Part shown: in pieces, positions 16,753 through 24,175 of the stretch | Numbering within the stretch: position 1 is the stretch's first letter | Layout of the letters: every line of letters begins with the position of its first letter | Origin: an uncultured Oscillospiraceae bacterium | Lineage (GTDB): Bacteria; Bacillota; Clostridia; Saccharofermentanales; UBA5734 | DNA length: 26,432 nt | NCBI GenBank assembly: GCA_964403755.1 | Contig: CAYOHO010000001.1 | Span: 1-26,432 of the forward strand | Direction: 5' to 3' | Program-made: the position numbers and the translations under genes | Notes under the pieces: generated by a model | Database searches by the model: none | What the model saw: the letters and a program-made list of their open reading frames with translations, nothing else | What the model was told of the DNA's origin: nothing

Positions 16753-17846
16753 GTCCGGTCTCCTTCCGCTTTCAGGGCTGCGGCATCGGCCTTGCGGCGC
16801 CGCTTGAGCAGGCGCGGCACGGTCATCCGGGCGCTGATGGTGATGATGACGATGGCCATGACGATTTCCGTGACGGCCGACGGCACGTCGGTGACGCGCT
16901 CCATGTTGATGCCGCCGTTCTTCAGCGCGCCGAAGAAGAAGCCGGAGAAGATGACGCCGATCGGATTGTTGTTGGCGAGCAGCGAGACGACCACGCCGTT
17001 GAAGCCGAGGCCCGGGTTGAAGGCAGCCAGCAGGCGGTGCTGGATCGCGGTGACCTCGATCGCGCCGATCAGGCCGCCGATGGAGCCGCTGATCAGCATG
17101 ACCTGGAGCGTGATCCGGTTCGGGCTGATGCCGGCATAATGCGCCAGGGTCGGGTTCGCGCCGACGATCTTGATCTCGTGGCCGATGGTCATGCGGTAGA
17201 AGACGACGGCCAGGATGACGGCGGCGATGAGCGCAATGTAGAAGCCGATATTGGCCTCGGACGGCTGCAGGTAGGCGAGGCGCGGCAGCCAGGTGTTCTT
17301 GCCGAAGAGCGGGCTGGCATTGAGGTTGACGCCGGTGGAGGTGTCGCGCAGCGGACCGATGACCAGGTATTCGATGAAGTTGAGGGCGATGAAGTTGAGC
17401 AGCAGGGTCGAGACGACCTCGTTGGTGTTCAGGTAGACCTTGAGCAGGGCCGGCAGCAGGGCAAACAGGGCTCCGGCCAGCATCGCGGCGATGAAGACGG
17501 TGACGATCGCCAGCGGCGCCGGCAGGTCCGGGATGCGCAGAGCGACAACCGTGGCGGCCGCGGCGCCCATGTAGATCTGGCCGTCGACGCCGAGGTTGAA
17601 CACCTCGGCCTTGTAGGTGACGCAGATCGCCAGGCCGGCCAGGATCATGGGCGTAGCCCAGCGGATGGTGCCGGAGATGTCCGACGTCAGGCCGTCGATG
17701 ATGCCGTTGACGATGGCGGCCATGTCGTACTTCGCGACCGCCAGGAACAGCGACGCCAGCAGCAGCGAGACGGCGATCATGAGAACCTGCCGGCCCACGG
17801 TAAGGGTCGTTTCGCGCAGGACGCGGTTAGGAGCGGCTGGCTTCAT
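16749..17846 (-). CDS. Nucleoside ABC transporter permease 1 (NupB-like)
   Basis: Start placed at MKPAAP (17846), 8 nt after GGAGG; 365 aa. FNLGVDGQIYMG, NEVVSTLLLNFIA, GHEIKIVGANP and GFNGVVVSLLANNNPIG. Confidence 0.9.
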   Translation of the reverse strand: MKPAAPNRVLRETTLTVGRQVLMIAVSLLLASLFLAVAKYDMAAIVNGIIDGLTSDISGTIRWATPMILAGLAICVTYKAEVFNLGVDGQIYMGAAAATVVALRIPDLPAPLAIVTVFIAAMLAGALFALLPALLKVYLNTNEVVSTLLLNFIALNFIEYLVIGPLRDTSTGVNLNASPLFGKNTWLPRLAYLQPSEANIGFYIALIAAVILAVVFYRMTIGHEIKIVGANPTLAHYAGISPNRITLQVMLISGSIGGLIGAIEVTAIQHRLLAAFNPGLGFNGVVVSLLANNNPIGVIFSGFFFGALKNGGINMERVTDVPSAVTEIVMAIVIITISARMTVPRLLKRRRKADAAALKAEGDRT

Positions 17847-19368
17847 GGGTTTCACCTCCCTGTCGATGGGCGCCCATCATGTAGACACCCAGTGTGTTTT
17901 CGTCGAGGTCCTCGCGGCCAAATTCGGCGACGATTTCCCCTTCATACATGACGAGGACCCGGTCGGACAGCGACAGGATCTCGTCGAGCTCGGCCGAGAC
18001 CAGGAAGACTGACTTGCCGCTGTCTCGGGTCTCGATAAGCTTGCGGTGCAGGTACTCGATGGCGCCGATGTCGACGCCGCGGGTCGGCTGCGCCGCAATC
18101 AGCAGCTCGGGGTCGACCTCCAGCTCGCGGGCGAAGACCACCTTCTGCATGTTGCCGCCGGATAGCGTCGAGAGCTTGAAGGTCGGGTCCGGCGTCTTGA
18201 CCATGAAACGGTCGCAGAGCTCCGTCGCCAGCTGCGCCAGGCGCCGCGTGTCGAGGAACTTGTGGCGGCTGTAGGGCCGCTGGTAGTAGCGGTTGAGGAT
18301 CAGGTTGTCCTGGATCGAGCAGGTCTTGGCCGTGCCCATCTTGAGGCGGTCCTCCGGGATGTGAGCCATGCCCAGCTCGCGGCGCCGGCGGACATCGGCC
18401 TGGGTGATGTCCTTGCCGAGGAATGTCACCGTGCCGCCGGTCGGCCGGATCATGCCGGTGATCGCCTCGATCAGCTCGGTCTGGCCGTTGCCCTCGACAC
18501 CGGCAATGCCGACGATCTCGCCGCGCCGGACCTCGAAGCTGACGCCCCGCAGGGCCGGCAGGCCGCGCTGGTTGAGCGCGCTCAGGCCGGCGACCTTGAG
18601 GATGGGCTCCTTTGGGCTGTAGGGCGCGCGCGGGATGTTGAGGTCGACATCACGGCCGACCATCAGGTTCGAGAGCTCATGCATGTTGGTCTCGGCCTTC
18701 TTCACGCGGCCGGTCACGACACCCTTGCGCATGACCGTGATCGTGTCGGTGATGGCCATGACCTCCTTGAGCTTGTGGGTGATGAAGATGATCGTGCAGC
18801 CCTGTTCGCGCAGCTTGCCCATGACCTCGAGCAGCTTCTTGGTCTCGAGCGGCGTCAGAACGGCCGTCGGCTCGTCCAGAATCAGGACCTTTGCCTCGCG
18901 GTAGAGGGCCTTGATGATCTCCACCCGCTGCTTCTCGCCCACCGAGAGCTGGAAGATGCGGGCGTCGAGGTCAACCGGCAGGTTGTACTGCTTCATGATC
19001 CCCTCGATCTTCTGGCGCGCGGTCTTCTCGTCGATCAGGCCGAGGCGGTTCGGCGTGCGTCCGAGGATGATGTTCTGCAGGACCGTCAGGTTGGGCATGA
19101 GCATGAAGTGCTGGTGCACCATGCCGATGCCCGACTCGATGGCCATGAAGGGCGAGGCAATGGCCGTCTCCTTGCCGAACAGCAGGATGCGGCCGGCGTC
19201 GGGACGGGTCATGCCGTAGAGGATGTTCATCATCGTGGACTTGCCGGCGCCGTTCTCGCCGATGAGCCCGTGGATCTCGCCCTCGGCGATCCGGATCGTC
19301 GCATCGTTGTTGGCGATGACGCCGGGATAGAACTTGGAGATGTTGGTCATTTCAACAGCGTAGGCCAT
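17827..19368 (-). CDS. Nucleoside ABC transporter ATPase with two fused nucleotide-binding domains (NupA-like)
   Basis: 513 aa. Walker A GENGAGKS, GMVHQHF, LSVGEKQRVE, ILDEPT, ITHK; second domain AGVEGNGQ, LSGGNMQK, AQPTRGVDIGA. Confidence 0.95.
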   Translation of the reverse strand: MAYAVEMTNISKFYPGVIANNDATIRIAEGEIHGLIGENGAGKSTMMNILYGMTRPDAGRILLFGKETAIASPFMAIESGIGMVHQHFMLMPNLTVLQNIILGRTPNRLGLIDEKTARQKIEGIMKQYNLPVDLDARIFQLSVGEKQRVEIIKALYREAKVLILDEPTAVLTPLETKKLLEVMGKLREQGCTIIFITHKLKEVMAITDTITVMRKGVVTGRVKKAETNMHELSNLMVGRDVDLNIPRAPYSPKEPILKVAGLSALNQRGLPALRGVSFEVRRGEIVGIAGVEGNGQTELIEAITGMIRPTGGTVTFLGKDITQADVRRRRELGMAHIPEDRLKMGTAKTCSIQDNLILNRYYQRPYSRHKFLDTRRLAQLATELCDRFMVKTPDPTFKLSTLSGGNMQKVVFARELEVDPELLIAAQPTRGVDIGAIEYLHRKLIETRDSGKSVFLVSAELDEILSLSDRVLVMYEGEIVAEFGREDLDENTLGVYMMGAHRQGGETHEASRS

Positions 19369-19401
19369 ATGTGCGCTCCTGACTGCCTGCGGCCGGCCGC
19401 T

Positions 19402-20244
19402 TCAGCGGACGACCTGGTGCGGCATGCGGCCTTCCCGGTCCCACTGGGCCAGGATCGTCATGGCTTCGGATGCGGCCAGGCAGGCCTTGGCTTCACCGCC
19501 GTTGTCGCCCCAGCGGTCAAGGACACGGTTCGAGATGACGGACAGGATGGCGCCCATGCGCATGCCGTGGAGATAGCCGACGACATACTGTCCGGAGGTT
19601 TCCATTTCAATGTTGGTGACGCGGGCCGACTGCAGGTCGGGGATGATCTTCTCGGCGAACGACGGCCAGTAGCCGGAGCCATCATCGTTCAGGGGCCTTC
19701 CCTGGCCGATGTAGAAGGAGCCGACGGTATAGCCGAGGCCGAGGCCGTAGCGGAAGCCGAGCCGCTCGCAGGCCTGCATGAGGGCCATCACCACATAGGT
19801 GTTCGCGAAGGCCGGGAACTCGGGCTCGATGTAGGTGGCCGAGGTGCCGTCCTTGCGGATGCAGGCGACCGGGATGATGAGGTCGCCGAGGTCAAAGTCG
19901 GGGACGATGCAGCCGGTCGTGCCGACGCGGATGCAGGTGTGCACGCCGAGCGTGTTGAGCTCGTGGATGCAGATCTCGGAGCTCGGTCCGCCGATGCCGG
20001 TGGAGGTGGCGGCGATGAACATGTCCTTGTACTTGCCGGAGACGGTCTTGTATTCGCGGTAGGAGGCGACCTCCTTGACATCGGTCCAGTCCTTCGCGAT
20101 CTTCAGCGTGCGCTCCGGCGCGCCGGGCAGGATCACATAGGGCGGGACATCGCCGGGCTTCAGCTGCAGGTGGTAGACGCCTGCATTGGCCGCCTTGGGC
20201 GCGGTTGCGCGGTTGACGCTGTCACTGGTCTGGTTTTCGCTCAT
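19402..20244 (-). CDS. udp: Uridine (pyrimidine nucleoside) phosphorylase, NP-I family
   Basis: Start placed at MSENQ (20244, GAGGAGG upstream); 280 aa. YHLQL, PGAPER, REY, STGIGGPS, IRVGTTG, GQGR (uracil-binding Gln-x-Arg of Udp), IEMETS and SNR. Confidence 0.8.
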   Translation of the reverse strand: MSENQTSDSVNRATAPKAANAGVYHLQLKPGDVPPYVILPGAPERTLKIAKDWTDVKEVASYREYKTVSGKYKDMFIAATSTGIGGPSSEICIHELNTLGVHTCIRVGTTGCIVPDFDLGDLIIPVACIRKDGTSATYIEPEFPAFANTYVVMALMQACERLGFRYGLGLGYTVGSFYIGQGRPLNDDGSGYWPSFAEKIIPDLQSARVTNIEMETSGQYVVGYLHGMRMGAILSVISNRVLDRWGDNGGEAKACLAASEAMTILAQWDREGRMPHQVVR

Positions 20245-20266
20245 GGTCGTCCTCCTCATGGATGGG

Positions 20267-20301
20267 CGGCCGCCGGGCAGGGAACGCCGGCCCGGCGGCC
20301 G
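20267..20301. other. Intercistronic stem-loop (12-bp perfect stem) between the BMP gene and udp
   Basis: cggccgccgggc (20267-20278) and gcccggcggccg (20290-20301), with an 11-nt loop. Confidence 0.6.
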
Positions 20302-20334
20302 TCTCTTGTTATGCGTTGTGGTTCGGGGCAGGCT

Positions 20335-20379
20335 GCCATGAAGCTTTGCTTCAGGCCGCCATGAAGCTTCGCTTCAGGC
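20335..20379. repeat. Tandem 22-bp direct repeat (period 23), each copy a small hairpin
   Basis: gccatgaagctttgcttcaggc (20335-20356) and gccatgaagcttcgcttcaggc (20358-20379) differ at one base. Each has the core TGAAGC-TTY-GCTTCA. Confidence 0.9.
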
Positions 20380-20384
20380 GGGGA

Positions 20385-21551
20385 TCACTTTTCGGCCTTG
20401 ATGGTGGCCCAGTTCGGGGTCTTGGTGTCGAAGGCGATCTTCAGGGAGCCGTCCATGATCTTCTTCTCCAGGGCCTTCATGTCGGCGATGGCAGCCGTCG
20501 CGGCGGCGCCGCCGTACTTGGTGTTTTCCTTGGCAAAGCGCTCATAGGAGGTGTAGTCCATGAAGTAGCCGCCGTTCTCGAGGCCGCGGATGCCATGCTC
20601 GCCGACCGGGAACTTGTTCTGGACAGCCATCTGGACGGAGGCGTAGACGGTGTTGCCGAAGCCGATGCCGACGATGCCGGCAAAGTCCTTGGTGGTGCTG
20701 TAGAAGTCGGTGATCTCGCCGGCGACCATGATGCCGGCGGCCTTGGCGGCCTCGACGGCGCCGGCATTGGAGGCGCCGGAGTCGTTCTGGATGAAGTCAA
20801 CGCCCTTGGCGATCATGGCCTTGCCGATTTCCTTGGCCTTGGCAGGATCTTCATAGCTGCCGACATAGGAGAACTCGACGGTGGCATTGGGGTTGGCGGC
20901 CTTGACACCGCGCATGAAGCCGTTGCCTTCGGCATTGGTGGAGAGCTCTTCGGAACCGATCTGCATGCCCACCTTGCCGGACTTGCTGACCTTGGCGGCA
21001 AAGTAGCCGGCCAGATAGAAGGCGGCTTCGCCGTGGAACTCGGTGTCCCAGATGTTGTCGATCTTGGTGCCGCCGACGTTGATGAACTGGAAGATGGCGG
21101 AGAACTTCGTCTTCGGGTATTCCTTGGCGATCAGCTTGGTGGCGTCGCTCATGTACGGGAAGGTGGTGATGATCAGGTCATAGCCAGCCTTGGCCATGGC
21201 GCGGACATCGGCCTCGAAGTTGGCGGCGGAGGCGGACTCGAGCTTCTTGGTGGTGATGCCGAAGTCCTTCTCGGCGCGGGCGAGGCCGGCGGCCATGTCA
21301 TCCATCGGGCCGTTGTCGCCGAACTTCTGGTTGACGACGAGGGCGACCTTCAGCTTGGCCGGGGCAGCGGTCGTTGCAGCCGTGGTGGCGGCCGTGGTGG
21401 CGGCCGTGGTGGCGGCTGTGGTGGCGGCGGTCGTGGCAGCGGAGGTAGCCTTGGTCGTGGCGGCGGTCGTGGTGGCGGCGGTGCCGCAGCCGGCGACCAG
21501 GGTCAGCAGCATGGCCAGGGTCAGGATCAGGGCGAAGATGCGTTTTTTCAT
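20385..21551 (-). CDS. BMP family (PnrA/TmpC-like) ABC substrate-binding lipoprotein
   Basis: 388 aa with an AAGGAG ribosome-binding site. Signal peptide MKKR plus a hydrophobic stretch and lipobox LVAG/C, then a Thr/Ala linker. BMP-like segments EAAFYLAGYFAA, GFMRGVKAANP, YVGSYEDPAKAKE and KGVDFI. Confidence 0.9.
   Translation of the reverse strand: MKKRIFALILTLAMLLTLVAGCGTAATTTAATTKATSAATTAATTAATTAATTAATTAATTAAPAKLKVALVVNQKFGDNGPMDDMAAGLARAEKDFGITTKKLESASAANFEADVRAMAKAGYDLIITTFPYMSDATKLIAKEYPKTKFSAIFQFINVGGTKIDNIWDTEFHGEAAFYLAGYFAAKVSKSGKVGMQIGSEELSTNAEGNGFMRGVKAANPNATVEFSYVGSYEDPAKAKEIGKAMIAKGVDFIQNDSGASNAGAVEAAKAAGIMVAGEITDFYSTTKDFAGIVGIGFGNTVYASVQMAVQNKFPVGEHGIRGLENGGYFMDYTSYERFAKENTKYGGAAATAAIADMKALEKKIMDGSLKIAFDTKTPNWATIKAEK
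21367..21438 (-). repeat. In-frame 12-bp tandem repeat encoding (AATT)6 in the lipoprotein linker
   Basis: The plus-strand unit gccgtggtggcg is perfect at 21379, 21391 and 21403, has one mismatch at 21415, and has degenerate flanking copies. Confidence 0.9.
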
Positions 21552-21755
21552 GGGTGTGCTCCTTCTTTGTTTTTGTCCTTGGCGCTTTGGCCTTGGTTCT
21601 CACAGAGGGACTTTTCGGGGCGGATTGCTTGCGCGGGTCCGTTGCTCTGGCGTCGGGTGCGGTTTCATTTCTGGCGATGGATGAGGCTCTGGCAGTTCAT
21701 CGGGTCATCGGGGAAGTGCTTCCGTGGTTACAGCTGTGCGGGGCGGGCTTGGGCA

Positions 21756-22220
21756 TCAGGGATCGAGCAGTCCGGGGCCGTTGCCTTCCTCCCAGGCAAA
21801 GACCTCCCAGATGTTCTCTTCGTAGTCCTGATAGTAGGCGGCTCGGGAGCCGAAAGGATACGTGGTCGGCGGCATGGCGCAGGCGACGCCGCGGCCGGTC
21901 AGCTCGGCATGGATGGCATCGACGTCGGCCAGCGACGGGACCTTCACCGCGATCATGAAGCGATGGCCGGTGCCGCCGAGGAAACGGGCGTCCATGACGG
22001 TCTCCACGCCCGACTTGGCCCACAGGGTCACGCTCGTGCCCTGGAACTCGAACTCGGCGTAGTTGGCATGTTCGGCGTCAGGCTGCAGCCGCTTGACCCG
22101 GAAGCCGAACTTTTCGGTATAGAACTTGAGGGAATTCTCGAAGTCCGTCACGAAAAGGCAAATGTCATTCACCTTGGTGAGCTTTTCGCGTGCATCCATG
22201 TCCGTCTGATCATCCTCCAT
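21756..22220 (-). CDS. VOC (glyoxalase / bleomycin-resistance) family protein
   Basis: 154 aa from the track start; an alternative start is MDAREK at 22199. The VOC pattern is present: ICLFVTDFENSLKFYTEKFGF, IAVKV...VDAIHAELTGRGV, PFGSRAAYYQDYEENIWEV. Confidence 0.85.
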   Translation of the reverse strand: MEDDQTDMDAREKLTKVNDICLFVTDFENSLKFYTEKFGFRVKRLQPDAEHANYAEFEFQGTSVTLWAKSGVETVMDARFLGGTGHRFMIAVKVPSLADVDAIHAELTGRGVACAMPPTTYPFGSRAAYYQDYEENIWEVFAWEEGNGPGLLDP

Positions 22221-22234
22221 TCATTCCTGCAGCA

Positions 22235-22312
22235 GCCGGCTGGCCGGGCTGCTGCTTTTGCGCTGCTGATGCCGGCTGGCCGGGCTGCTGCTTTTGCGCT
22301 GCTGATGCCGGC
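22235..22312. repeat. Perfect 36-bp tandem duplication plus a 6-bp partial third copy in the SDR-VOC gap
   Basis: gccggctggccgggctgctgcttttgcgctgctgat at 22235-22270 and 22271-22306, followed by gccggc. Confidence 0.92.
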
Positions 22313-22487
22313 GGGTCCGGCGGAGCCTGCGGGACGGTCGGGGCCGGTGCGGCCGGCCGGTCCGGTGCCTGCTGGCTGAGGTTCTGCAGAGTCTTGTGGC
22401 GGAAGCGGGCGGCCGCATTCTGCCGGGCGGCCTGCCGGGATCCGGCGGGCACGGAGCCGCCACCCGGCTTCCTTCGCCTGGCGCCGC

Positions 22488-23282
22488 TCATTGGCGGGTG
22501 ACGCCGGCGTCGACGTTGATGGCCTGGCCGCGGATCAGGATGGCGGCATCCGAGGCCAGGAAGGTCACGATCCGGCCGACCTCGACGGGCTGGACGAGCC
22601 GGCCGAGCTGGGGCGGTCCCCAGGTGCGGCGGAGGTCATCGATGCTGGGCTTGTCTTCCGGAATCCGGGCGATGGTTTCCTCCATGCAGTAGCGGAGCAT
22701 TTCCGTGTCCACCCCGCCGGGGCAGACGGCATTGACGTTGATGCCGGCAGCGGCCAGCTCGAGCGACAGGCTCTGCGTGAGGTTGATGACGGCCGCCTTG
22801 GAGGCGTTGTAGTGGGCCTGCCCCGGGAAGCAGACCTTGCCGGCATTGGAGGCGATGTTGATGATGCTGCCGGTGCAGCCGGCTTGCTGGAGTCGGGCGG
22901 CAAAGCGCTGGCAGCAGCGGAAGACGCCGGTCACGTTGACGGCAAAGACGCGTTCCCACTGGCTGCCGGAAATCTCCTGCAGGTCCTGCATGCGCGTGAT
23001 GCCGGCGTTGTTGACCAGGATGTCGGGCTCGCCGAGGCGGGCCGCGGTCTCGGCGAATGCCGCCGCGACACTGGCGTCATCCGTGACGTCGAGTGTCACC
23101 GGCAGGACATCCAGGCCCCGGGCGGCCAGGTCGGCTGCTGCCGACTGCAGGGCGTCGGCCCGGATATCGGCGATGGCGACCCGCGCCCCGGCCTGGCCGA
23201 GCGCCAGGGCGATGCCGCGGCCGAGTCCGCCGCTGCCGCCGGTGATGAACGCCACGCGTCCTTTCAGGCTGGTCATGTCCAT
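22488..23282 (-). CDS. Classical SDR oxidoreductase, predicted NAD(H)-preferring
   Basis: 264 aa with a GAAAGGAG ribosome-binding site. TGGSGGLG, Asp at the end of beta2 (IADI), NNAG, IASNAG, YNASK and NAVCPG. Confidence 0.93.
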   Translation of the reverse strand: MDMTSLKGRVAFITGGSGGLGRGIALALGQAGARVAIADIRADALQSAAADLAARGLDVLPVTLDVTDDASVAAAFAETAARLGEPDILVNNAGITRMQDLQEISGSQWERVFAVNVTGVFRCCQRFAARLQQAGCTGSIINIASNAGKVCFPGQAHYNASKAAVINLTQSLSLELAAAGINVNAVCPGGVDTEMLRYCMEETIARIPEDKPSIDDLRRTWGPPQLGRLVQPVEVGRIVTFLASDAAILIRGQAINVDAGVTRQ

Positions 23283-23293
23283 GGATGCTCCTT

Positions 23294-24148
23294 TCAGTAG
23301 GCGGGGGCGAGCGTGACGCCGCCGTCCGCGGTCAGGGTCTGCCCGGTGATCCAGCTGGCCAGCGGTGAGGCCAGGAAGAGGCAGATGTTGCCGATATCAG
23401 CCGGCTGCCCGGCCCGGCCGAGCGGCGCCCGGGCGATGAAGCGCTCGCGCCAGCCCGGAACGTAGACATCGAGCAGCGGGCTGTCGATGAGTCCCGGCGC
23501 GATGGCGTTGACCCGGATCCGGCGCGGCCCGAGCTCCACGGCCAGGGAGCGGGTCATCATCTCGATGCCGGCCTTCGAGGCACCGTAGTGGATGGCGTTG
23601 GCCAGCGGGGTTGTGCCGTTGATCGACGAGATCGAGATGATCGCGCCGCCGGCCGGGGCGCTGGCAGCGACTGAGCCGGCCGTGGTTCCGGCCGTGGTGC
23701 CGGCCGGGGCGGCGCCTTCCGGGGCGCCGGCCATGTGGCGGGCCGCCGCCTGGGAGCAGAAGAAGCAGCCGCGCAGGTTCGTGTCCAGCACCCGGTTCCA
23801 GGAGGCGGCGTCGACATCGAAGAGGGGCTTGCCGTCGCTGTGCACGCCGGCGTTGTTGACCAGGACGTCGATGCGGCCGAAGCGGGCGGCGATGGCCGCC
23901 ATGACGGCGGTGCACTGCCCGGGGTCGGACTGGTCGAGCGCAAATGCTTCGGCGTCGCAGCCCAGGGCGGCCAGTCCGGCCAGGACATCCGACGCTTCAT
24001 CGGCGTGTGTGCAGTATGTGATCGCCACCGAGGCGCCGGCGAGGGCGAACCGGCGGGCGATCCCCGCGCCCATGCCCTTGCCGCCGCCCGTCACCACCAC
24101 GGTCTGGCCAGAAAAGTCAAGCATCTTGAGGATCTCTTCCTGGATCAT
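23294..24148 (-). CDS. Classical SDR oxidoreductase, predicted NADP(H)-preferring, with an Ala/Gly/Thr/Pro insertion
   Basis: Start placed at MIQEEI (24148, GGAGGAG upstream); 284 aa. TGGGKGMG, no acidic residue after beta2, NNAG, ISS, YGASK, NAIAPG and ITGQTLTADGG. Confidence 0.92.
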   Translation of the reverse strand: MIQEEILKMLDFSGQTVVVTGGGKGMGAGIARRFALAGASVAITYCTHADEASDVLAGLAALGCDAEAFALDQSDPGQCTAVMAAIAARFGRIDVLVNNAGVHSDGKPLFDVDAASWNRVLDTNLRGCFFCSQAAARHMAGAPEGAAPAGTTAGTTAGSVAASAPAGGAIISISSINGTTPLANAIHYGASKAGIEMMTRSLAVELGPRRIRVNAIAPGLIDSPLLDVYVPGWRERFIARAPLGRAGQPADIGNICLFLASPLASWITGQTLTADGGVTLAPAY

Positions 24149-24175
24149 CCTGTCTCCTCCCATCACCCTGGACGG

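Noticed and set aside
14242-17139. 965-aa plus-strand ORF, and similar long ORFs at 3225-5012, 18262-20364, 20262-22379 and 23735-25606
   Set aside because: They lie antisense to well-supported genes and have no recognisable motifs. High third-position GC removes stop codons on the opposite strand and produces such shadow ORFs.
21552-21755. Possible purine riboswitch or internal promoter upstream of the BMP gene
   Set aside because: No purine-riboswitch core and no convincing -35/-10 pair. The recurring GCCAGA words are irregularly spaced (18 and 24 nt).
22235-22306. 36-bp repeats read as a CRISPR array
   Set aside because: The copies are directly adjacent with no spacers, there are only two full copies, and no cas genes are present.
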